A stretch of DNA of 64,000 nucleotides from Dictyostelium discoideum (Eukaryota). Every line of letters begins with the position of its first letter. The first letter of the stretch is position 1. The translations under genes were made by a program, and so were the position numbers. The notes beneath the pieces were generated by a model. That model did no database searches, was not told the DNA's origin, and saw nothing but the letters and a program-made list of their open reading frames with translations. Shown piece by piece: positions 34,544 through 44,900 of the stretch. The stretch spans positions 32,001 through 96,000 of the forward strand of contig CM000150.2 of assembly GCA_000004695.1 (NCBI GenBank), given 5' to 3'.

Positions 34544-35191
34544 AAGAGACTAATTAAATTAAATAAACAAAAATAATACATAAGATTTCCTCTCGTTTTA
34601 TTAGGACCTGTATATTAAATGCTGGCGGTACAAATTCAAATGAAAATAAAGTTGTTTTATCCAAATTGGTTAAATGGGTCAACAATAAACGTGGTAACAC
34701 ACGTATTAAAGCCCTAAATACCCTTAGACTTTTAGTTAGAAATAAAGTAGAACAGTTCAGCGAGTTGCTCTCTCAGGTTCCAGCATTAATGGAGTATGAA
34801 TCGGTATGTAAAATAAAAAAAAAAAATAAAAATAAAAAAATAAAAAAAAAAAAAAAATAAAAAAAAAAAAAAAAATAAATTATTAATAATTTGTTTTTTT
34901 AATTTTTTAATTATTATTTAGATAACTCCTTTTGATTTGGCCACTCTTATTATCGATACAGTTACCTTAGAAGCTTTTGACTCCGATCCTTTTGTAAAGT
35001 TCTTAGTGTCTCAATGCTTTACAATTGAAGAAAAAGAATGGTACAGCGGTTCCAAACCTCTTATTTCTTTAATAGTTAAAGCATTGCGTGGTGTTTCTCA
35101 AAAGTTCATTGACTCTCCTGATGAACTTACTTACACTGAAAAGGTTGCTTTTGAATTCACTTCAATACCTCTTTATGCTCCACTAAATTAA
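34189..35191 (+). CDS. Family-A second gene, copy 2: exons about 34189-34470, ~34585/34605-34803, ~34921-35191
   Basis: Identical organisation to 10193-11179; intron 1 carries a 59-nt poly(A) tract. Confidence 0.5.
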
Positions 35192-35340
35192 ATCGTTTAA
35201 ATAAAAAAAATTAATATGATTTCACATACTCAACTTTAATTTTTTCTTTTTTTTTTAAATCTTTATTTAATTTTTATTTTAAATTTTTATTTTTAATTTT
35301 TATTTTTAAAGTGATATTATTAATATATCTTATTAAGTTA

Positions 35341-35760
35341 ACTTTATAATATAAATTTATAAATGCACTTTTAAATTGAATTTTATAAATATAATTAATA
35401 AGAATACTTAATAATTGTACTTATAAAGAGTACATTATAATTATAATTAGTAATTACGCTTAATAAGTATACTTAATAATAATACTTAATAAGTATACTT
35501 ATTAAGTATACTTATTAATTATACTTAATAATTATACTTAATAAGTATACTTATTAAGTATACTTATTAATTATACTTAATAATTATACTTAATAAGTAT
35601 ACTAATTAATTATACTTAATAATTATACTTAATAATTATACTTAGTAAGTATACTTAATAAGTATACTTAATAAGTGTATTTAATAAGTATACTTAATAA
35701 GTATACTTTATAAGTATATTTAATAAGTATACTTAAAAAGTATACTTTATAATTATACTT
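35341..35760. repeat. TACTTAATAAGTATA-type subterminal tandem array (family-A copy 2)
   Basis: Same array as 11341-11760. Confidence 0.75.
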
Positions 35761-35829
35761 ATTAAGTACACTTTATAATAGTACTATTTACATTCCTACT
35801 TTAAAGATGCTTTTAAGTATTTTTTTTCG

Positions 35830-36400
35830 CCCCTGTGCAACACAACAAACAAATAACAACACAACAAACAAATAACACAATAACAACACAACAAACACAA
35901 TAACAACACAACAAACACAATAACAACACAATAACAAAACAACTTCAAAATAAATTACAACACAATAACAACACAATAACAACACTGTAGCCGAACACAA
36001 CAGGTACGACAACAACAATAATTACAACATAATAACAACACAACAACAGGTAGGACTGCAACATCAATAAAACAGCAACATCAATAGTACAACAACAGCA
36101 ATAATAAAGCAACAATAATAATACAACATCAATAATACAGCAACAGCAATAGAAATTACATAGCAATATCAATAATACAACAACCACAGAGTTATTTCAC
36201 ATTCTTTTTTTTTTTTACTTGGAAGTTTTTTAACATTCATATTATAGCTATTTCCAATGAAAATTATCAAAGTGTTTATAGCTTACATGGTAATGCGATA
36301 AATTAATAAGGTAGAGGTCAAGGGTTCGATTCCCATATAAAACATTTCCACGGAACTTCAGGAAGGGAGGTCACGGTTCAATTCCCACATAAAACATAAA
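35830..36400. repeat. Right inverted arm of family-A copy 2 (AC-rich array plus tRNA-half-like units)
   Basis: Reverse complement of about 30513-31140. Confidence 0.6.
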
Positions 36401-36913
36401 TATATATATTAATAAGTATACTTAAAAAGTAATACTTTATAAGTACACTTAATAAGTATACTTAATAAGTGTACTTATTAAGTAGTACCACAGCAAAGAA
36501 AAATGAAAAAAAAAAAAAAAATTTAATTATTTGTTTTGCATATTTATATTATAAGTATAAACATACATATAAAAAAAGATTTTTTATTTTTTATTTTTTA
36601 TAATTAATAAACAATTAACGAGTGCACAGGTATATTATTGCATTAGTGTAGTTTTACAATTAATTGGGCAGATTTTATAGTTTTTTTTTAATATTTTAAA
36701 AAGAAAAAGGTATAGACAGGGTCATAGGTTCCCCGTCATTTTTTGAAAATGGGGTATATCCCTCTAAATATAAAATTCTAAGTACTAAATCATATATCTA
36801 CTTGCTATAATGCTAAAATTTGAATAAAATGAAAAAAAAAAAAAAAAAAAACGTAAAAACTCGAGGAAAAAAAAAAAAAAAAAATTATTTTTAATTTCCA
36901 GCCAGCAAACAAA

Positions 36914-39420
36914 ATGAATTTAAATAACATATCATGCATTAATTGCAGAGAAAAATTAAAGAATTTTTAAAATATTATTATTCATTATATTATGCATAAA
37001 AATATATGTCCATTTTGTCTTGCATATTACCGTTCTTATAAACAATTTTATGATGTAAATGGACATTTCAACACCAAAAAATGTAAAAATGAACAAAATA
37101 AAATTATTACAAATAATCAAAAAAGAGATAGCTTTTATAAAAAATTAATGGATATTACTGGTGAAAAAATAAAATATCCAACAAATGATCCAGATGACCC
37201 ATGTAAACATTTATGTAACCAAAACCAAGATGAAATTTTTTATCAAGAAAATAATGAAAATAATGAAAATAATCAAACAATTGATAATGAAGAAAATCAT
37301 GATATAATTGGGTTGGTACATAGTGAAGATGAAAACAATGAAATTAGAATAGATGAAAATGAAGCAAACATTAATAATGAAAATAATGAAAATAATGAAA
37401 ATGAAAATGCTCAAAACGAACCAATAAATAATAATCTAAATAATAATTTAGATAATGAAAAATCAAAAAAAAAATTAAATGAAACTGAAATTGAATTTTT
37501 AATGTTGGGAATTGAAAACTCAATAAGTTTAAAGCTACTTGAAAAATTTAAAAGTTTTATTGACAAAAATAAAACCAATTTAAATCAAATAAGATACACA
37601 CCTCAATATATGGATAAATTATTTATTGAAGATTTTCAAATAAAAGGAGAAACATTTATAAATAAAAATTATGATCACTCAATTTTTTATTTTGAAATTA
37701 AAAAAGTATTAGAAACTTTATTAAATAAAAAGCAATTTTTTGAAAGAATAGATTTTGATACAGATTTTGAAACTGGAATTTATACAAATTATAAAAGTGG
37801 TCAACAATTTAAAGATTTAAAAAATAAAAATAAAAATAAAATTGTTTTACTTAGAATTTTCACTGATAGTATGCAGTGTCAAAACAAGAAAGATTATACT
37901 ATAATGCTGGATATAGAAAATTATATTGGAAATGAATTTAAAAATAATAAATTATTATTATTTGTAGTACCAAATGATTGGTTACTTAATTTTCATCAAA
38001 CAATTAGGGCATTGTTTTCATCTTTTATTGGTAATGGCTTTAATTTAATTATTGAAAATGAACAAATAGATGTTGTACCGTTTGGACTAACAATGGATAT
38101 TCCAGAATTTAGAGCATCGTGTAAACTTAATGGACATAATTCAAATGAATATGCATGTCACACATGTGAAAAACCAAGAGATGGTTTATTTATTTGCAAA
38201 TCAGGTACATTAAGAAAACAAGAAGATATTACAAATTTTCACTCCAACAAACCAAATTATGCTGAATTAAATGCTGATATAGAATTAAAAAAAGTATGGG
38301 AAAAAAAAGCAAAAGATATTGGTATCAAAGGTGTGGACAGAGGGTGGGTCGAACCCTTGTCTATTAATTATTTAAAAACACAACCAGACATATTACATAA
38401 TATTTTATTAGGTGTCGCGCAAAGATGTTTAAATTACATTTTTGATAAATATAAAAATAAAATTGCAAATTTTTTAAATAATTTAAAAAATGCAAAAATA
38501 ATAGATAACAAACCAAAACCTTCAATTTCACTATTTGCAAATAAAACAAGGAAAGGAAGAGAGAATAGATCAATATTATATTACCTTTTAATATCAATTA
38601 AAAATCAAATATCAAATGATGATTTTTTAATTATGGAACAATTAGTAACTATATGTTTTAAATTATATAGTGACTCTTTTGATGAAAATGATTTAAATTC
38701 ACTTCAAGTATTAATTGAATCGTTTAATGCAAAAGTAAATTTAATTACTGAAACAGAAATAATGAATTTCCACTTGTTGTTACATTATCCAATCTATATA
38801 AAAAATTGGGGAGCACCAAAATACACTTCAGCTGAAACTTTTGAAGCACAATTATCAAGAATTAAAAATTATTTAAAAAATAATACAAATAATAGGGATG
38901 AACAATATGAAAGGGTTACCAAATTAAACATGGTGAAATTTTTTAATTCAGTAGATAAATTAAAAAGTATTGAACCTGAAAGTACAGCATTAATTATTGG
39001 TTACAAAATAAAAAATCCAGATAATTTAGATAACATAAAAATTAAATTAGATTCATTATTTCAAAACTATAAAAATATAACTTTTCACTCATCAATTAAA
39101 AATAATTAAGAAATATACAATGTTGGTGATGCAGTTGAAGTTGCATCAGATAATGAACTTTCAGGTAGATGGTCAGGTATTATCAATTCAATATCAATGA
39201 TTGAAATGGATGATAACATAATAAAACATGCAATATTATTAAATTATTTTGACAAATATGTTGGTGACCAATTTAATAAATACCAATAATTAAATTATAT
39301 TACATATGATAATATTCTAAATAATGTTATACCAATTCAAATTGATGATACCAATTACCTTATTATTTACAAATGCCACGATAAATTCTCGGCTTCAAAA
39401 AATAAAAAATCAAAAAATTA
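36914..39420 (+). pseudogene. Family-B transposase (about 830 codons), disrupted: +1 T near 36965 (MNLNNISCINCREKLKNF*), in-frame TAA at 39107, further stops in the C-terminal domain
   Basis: 705-aa ORF-track piece 36992-39109 is homologous to the family-A transposase (same motif order). The undamaged N-terminus is seen at 12031-12127. Confidence 0.65.
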
Positions 39421-39539
39421 AAAACTTTTTTACATAATTTTTACATTGTTATGTAAATAATGATTTTTTTTTTTTAATTTTTTTTCATTTTCGGGCAGAC
39501 TGAAAAAGCGAATATGATTTCAATACATATTTTTTTAAA

Positions 39540-39920
39540 ATGAATTCATCTGCAAATTTTATAGCACCAAATGGTAATGTACCTGATTTTAACCAATCAC
39601 CAATCCAAAGAAGAACAAACAATAATATTTCTATCGGAGATGAATCATTTAATAATTTGTCAATAGGTAATGTATTAGGAAATGCAAATGCTCCAAACCC
39701 AATGGAAAACCAGAGAATAATTAGAAGAGTTCCAAGGCCAACTGTTCCACCAATCCAAGAAACAGTGCAAATAGCCACAAACCCACGTGTAACATACATA
39801 TTGGAATACGAAAGTCTTCAGAAAGTTTGTCAAAGTAAATACTATTCAGATGGCGATGTATGTTACCATTTGGTAATGAAATTGTGTGTATAAATTTATA
39901 TAATCAAAATTTACAAAATA

Positions 39921-39968
<48 letters not shown>

Positions 39969-40243
39969 AAATATAGTTTTCCCCTGCTTTACTTTCTCTT
40001 TTTCTCAGCCACATTAATTATGAAAATTATCAAAATGATATTTTCATAAAAGAGTTTGTTGACTCTTGTAAAACAGGTGAAGAGAAACACTGGTACCCAG
40101 ATTCAGTTCCTTTAATAAAGAGATTAATTTCAATATTAAATGATTTTAGTAGTAAATTTGACTCTAAGGCTAAAATGAGAAAAGATGCACAAGAAGCTTT
40201 TCAATTTCCTCATTCTGCACTTTACTTAAATTCTTCCCAATAA
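39540..40243 (+). CDS. Family-B second gene lacking the middle exon: exon about 39540-39857, intron with poly(T), exon ~40009-40243
   Basis: ..TYILEYESLQKVCQSKYYSDGD | ..EEKHWYPDSVPLIKRLISILNDFSSKF.. is homologous to family-A exons 1 and 3. Confidence 0.45.
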
Positions 40244-40489
40244 AAGTTTTAAAATAATTTTTAAAATTTAAAAATAAATTTTATTATTAAAAAATAATAT
40301 ATCTGTGTATTTTATTGTTCACATAAAATTTTATTTCATACTATAGTTTTAAAATAATTTTTAAATTTTTTTTTTTATTTTTGTGGCATTATTAATAAGG
40401 TGCTTTTAAATGTAATTATTAATAATCTTTAAAATTCAATTTTTAAGGAGCTTTAAAATGTAATTATTAATATAATTTTTAATCATATT

Positions 40490-40690
40490 TTTAAGTAATT
40501 TTAAAGAGCATTATAAAGTTAATTTTAAAGGGCATTTTAAACTTAATTTTAAAGAGCATTATAAAGGTAATTTTAAAGGTCATTTTAAAGGTAATTTTCA
40601 AGGTCATTTTAAAGTTAATTTTAAAGGTGATTTTAAAGGTAATTTTAAAGGTGATTTTAAAGGTGATTTTAAAGGTGATTTTAAAGGTCA
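40490..40690. repeat. Tandem ~10-12-bp repeats (A)GGTGATTTTAAA and variants: subterminal repeats of family B, also present in the MITE-like elements (12290-12360, 56370-56420) and at 60630-60900
   Basis: Direct visual periodicity. Confidence 0.8.
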
Positions 40691-40976
40691 TTTAAATAAT
40701 TGCTTTTAAATTAATTTTTAAGTGACTTTTTTATAGGACTTTAAATCCACTTTTAATTTAATTTAAAGTTGCTTTAAAGGTGTAATTTTCATCGCTGTGA
40801 CTTATAAAGTATATTTATTAAGTATACTTATTAATTGTACTTATTAAGTATTATTTATTAAGTATACTTATTAATTGTACTTATTAAGTATTACTTATTA
40901 AGTATACTTATTAATATATATTAAAAAGAGTACTTGGATTTAAAGGTGCTTTAAAGTGTTGATTTTCGCCGCTGTG

Positions 40977-41926
40977 GTTGATCACAGTGCAGATACGTTT
41001 CGATTTTAAAATTCACATCTACCCTTGCACCTTTATTGTGTAGCAATTTGACCAGATCTACCTTATTTTTTTTCACTGCCCAATTCAACAACTTCTCACC
41101 GTTATCATTAATCGCAACATCTAAGTCTGGGAGTTTACTCTTGGAAGAAAGGTAAGTTGTTAGAAGAAGGTTTAACAAATCATTACTCGGCCATGCGAAG
41201 CCAAACCCAGAGAGGTTTTTTTTTCACTATCTCGTTAAGCATTTCTGTAATAACGTAATCGCTATTACCCTCACCACGCAGTTCGATTATCATGGCAATT
41301 TATTCTGGGTTAAGTTGTTTCTTTTGGCTTTTACTAAATGCTGATCTACCAAGAGATAATTGTAACTTGGCGCTACACGAATTTGAGCAGGTTGGTGGCG
41401 TACCGGTTTCCATTCTAGCTAAATAGTTCTTAGCGAGGATGCGTTTGAGCGCTCCACATAATGGACAGTAGAAGTCGAAGTATACACCGCCTTTCTCTTT
41501 CAAAAATCTGCGATAACGTTCACTCTTAATTCGATTCTCTTCTACTGTAAGAATCTGATATCGTCATTGGTCCTATCTTCATCCATGTGATCTACTTGTT
41601 CATTGGGCGATAATAATCTACCCAACTTCACCGACATTAAGTATTATGCGTAAGTCCGAAACGATCATGGCTGCTGTTGAAGCGTTTTCTTTTATCAGAA
41701 CACTCGATTAGATATCCGAGAAGCCATTGTTCTTTAAAACGGTAACTGCAACTCTAAACGCATTTTGACTCCTTAATGGTCTATCAAGGTAGTCATGTAG
41801 GACTAAGAATATCTGCCACCGAAACCAATCATTCTACCAACTGAACTACACGAGCAAATATGGAATGAGACCTAGGAGTCGAACCCAGGACCGCCGGATT
41901 TGAATCCTATGCTCAACCAAGTGAGC
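40977..41926 (-). other. Higher-GC island between the family-B terminus and a DIRS ITR: degenerate ORF with zinc-ribbon-like (41300-41503) and ankyrin-repeat (40977-41178) pieces in different frames, plus two tRNA-like sequences (about 41770-41845 and 41851-41925)
   Basis: ..YCPLCGALKRIL..CSNSCS..; ..DVAINDNGEKLLNWAVKKNKVDLVKLLHNKGARVDVN.. fits the ankyrin consensus; T-arm-like CTGGGTTCGACTCCTAG. Confidence 0.45.
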
Positions 41927-44900
41927 TCATATTTAAAAATTTAATTTATTAAATTATATTTGAATTTCCCAAATATTTAAGATAATTTTTTAGAATGTTC
42001 TAGAACATTCGAAGAATAAAAAATTTTCGAAAGAAAAGTAAAAATTTCGAACCGGCACAATGACGCGATCATTGCGCAAGGTCGAAAAATTAAAAATTTA
42101 ATTTATTAAATTATATTTTATATTAAATATATATATATATATTATGAATAACATTTATTTATTTGAATTTCCCAAATATTTAAGATAATTTTTTAGAATG
42201 TTCTAGAACATTCGAAGAATAAAAAATTTTCGAAAGAAAAGTAAAAATTTCGAACCGGCACAATGACGCGATAATTGCGCAAGGTCGAAAAACTGAAAAA
42301 TTCCGAACCGACACTATGCACAAATTTGTGAAGGGTCGAAAACTCTTATTTTTTTGAGTTTTGCGAAATTTTTAAGAAAATAAAAACGTATAAATAGTGG
42401 CACTAAAAACTAAAACAATTTGATTTATGGAATTCCGACTAAGGGCGGGTGGGATGGGACTAATATATATATATATATTTAATATAAAATATAATTTAAT
42501 AAATTAAATTTTTAATTTATATTATCATATATATATATATATTATGAAATTTGAACGACAGTATTTAAGAAACCACCAGATTTTTCACCAATGATTCTTT
42601 TATCGTAGAAGGTATCTACAGTATCGTTTGATTTCCAACGACCCATCTTCTTGACAACGTGGAACGGAACGTTATTTGACAACAGCAGAGAAGCCATAGC
42701 GGAACGGGTAGAGTGTGATTTGAACTTGACAATATCAATGCCTGACTTTGAGAGTGTTGATAATACAATTGAATTAATATCATTAACTTGGAGCGGTTCA
42801 CCCTCATTCTTAATAAAGACAGAGTCACCCGAATGGGGCTTTCTTCTTCCTTTAGAGGCTCTAAGGTATGTTGCAATGTGGCGAACAGGGCATACTTGAG
42901 AGTTTGTATCATCTAACGATGTTAATTCTAAGATTGAAACAACACCACTTCTTTGTTCTTTAGCATTAATAACTGGACCTTTGATTGAGTCAGGAGTAAT
43001 AATGAGACCCTTGAACGACCACTTCACCAAGTCTGATGATCTTGCTAAACCAAACATTTTACAGAGTACAAGTGTCTTGTTTAATAGCGCAGTGTATGTG
43101 TACTTGGGGATGACTTTGATAGTAGATAAGTGCTTGAATACTTGATTTGCATCCCATATCTCTTTATACTTTGCAGATGAAGGACGCAACTTGTGAATAC
43201 CAGTCATAATTCTTGTAATGAATGGATCATTAACAATATCAGTTTGATTCCTAAGGAGTAACAACTGATTCAACATAGATCGATGACCGTTAATTGTTGA
43301 GAAAGCTAACGGAGGTTTGTGTTTGAATAGATGTGTAAGATAATCTATGAAAACAACTAAGGTAATGTTTGCTGGATTCAAAGAGTTCAAAGTACAGAAA
43401 TTGCGGAATCTTGTATAACTGGAGCTATATACTTTGAGAGTTGAAGGTTCCCAAGACTTCATTAACAGCTCAGCTGTTTTTGTATTTGTTGTACGAGCAA
43501 AGGACATTACATGAGATTGGAAAGTTGAATAATCCCCAGCTTCCAACGTTGTTGAATCTGGATTGGTATCGACTCTACTGATTGTTTGGTCAATACTTCT
43601 TGGAATGTTCCCAGTACTTGAGGAAACATGTGACGATGATGACGAGGAACTTGTGCTTGAATCATCGGATACCAAGTTGCTGATCTCCAGATTGGGAAGA
43701 TCAGTATTATAGAAACCTTCTTCGAACTGGATGAGTTCATCTTCTCCAGGATAGAAGGCAAAAGAATGGGTGGTGGGAAGGCTAGACATTGCTTCCATTG
43801 ACTCCAATCGAGGTGGAGTGCATTCATTCTTATTGTTGAGTAGTTGTTCGTTTGATGGTTGAGGTGAGATGCGAACAGATCCATCTGTATTTGACCGAAT
43901 TGAAGTTGGATGCGATTGAACACTTCCTTCTTCAGTTGCCAGTTGTAACTCTTGATTACTCTGGTCGATGATTTGTGATTCATCTCTGAAAGACGACTGA
44001 GGTGGTCGGCTTTTACATTGAAGAATCCTGGAATATGCTCTCCAATTAAGTTTACTTTCTTCTTGAGGCATTGTTTCCAAAGTTGTTCGAACAGAACTGA
44101 GAGATCTTGTATTTGACCACCCTGGCGATTGATATAAGAGAGAGTGGTAGTGTTGTCGGTTTGAATCTTCAGCTTGCAGTTGTTCAGTTTCCGACATAGC
44201 GCTTGATAGGCCATCAGCAGCGCGAGCATTTCTCGACGATTTGACGACATGTTTGATTGAGTTGTTGACCACTGGAATGACCAAGTTTTGATTACCTTGT
44301 TTCCTTTCTTGAGAGTGGCACCTGCACCTGATTCCGAGGCATCGGTTGTAAGAACATAGTCGTAACTTGGAAACAGACTGATTTCTTTTCCATTCCATTG
44401 GTTTAGAACTGTTAACCAATGTGAAATCTCTGACTTGACGTCTTGAGGAATGGGGAATGATTGATCCCAATCTCCATTGGCTAGAGTCAGACAGTGAGAG
44501 TGAAACTTGTTTGTTCGACGAGTGTAAAGTCTGAAAGGGATGACTGCATCTTTCAGTGCGATTAGCTTTCCTTTTAAACCAGCAAGCTTTCTTGGGGAGC
44601 AAAAATCTAGTTTTAAAAAGTTTCTTATTTCTTTGATGACACTTTTCTTCTTTTCTTTGGGAACAAGAAGCTTCATTGATACCGAATCGATTTGTAATCC
44701 GAGAAACGTAATTGATTGAGTTGGTTCGAGAACACTCTTTTCTAGGTTTAACTTGAAACCTAGTTTGACAAGTAAGTCCATTGTCTTTTTGAGGTTGGAT
44801 AAACATTCTTCTTTTGTTGAACCTACGATTAATAGATCGTCCAAGTAAGCGATGACGGATACGTTGATATCTCTCAACATTCGAAGTACAGGTCTTAACA

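Larger units (their letters stand above)
30506..36400 (+). mobile_element. CACTA/EnSpm-like DNA transposon, family A, copy 2, apparently complete: ~0.75-kb left arm, intact transposase, 3-exon second gene, subterminal tandem array, inner terminus ...CGCCCCTGTG (35829), ~0.57-kb right arm inverted relative to the left arm
   Basis: 30513-31000 is the reverse complement of about 36030-36400. (TGTTGTTATTGTG)n arrays at 30960-31140 mirror (CAACACAATAACAA)n at 35830-36000. Internal part equals copy 1. Confidence 0.65.
36489..40976 (+). mobile_element. CACTA/EnSpm-like DNA transposon, family B, copy 1, defective: termini CACAGCAAAGAAAAATG... and ...TTTTCGCCGCTGTG; an inner duplicated terminus unit ends at 40807
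   Basis: Imperfect terminal inverted repeat CACAGC(R3)GAAAAT shared with the MITE-like elements. Subterminal GGTGATTTTAAA (40490-40690) and TAAGTATAC (40808-40920) arrays. Confidence 0.6.

Noticed and set aside
40491-40691. ORF-track proteins MTFKITFKITFK... (also 60630-60902) suggesting a repetitive peptide gene
   Set aside because: They are translations of the 10-12-bp GGTGATTTTAAA tandem subterminal repeats of family B; periodic DNA trivially yields open frames.
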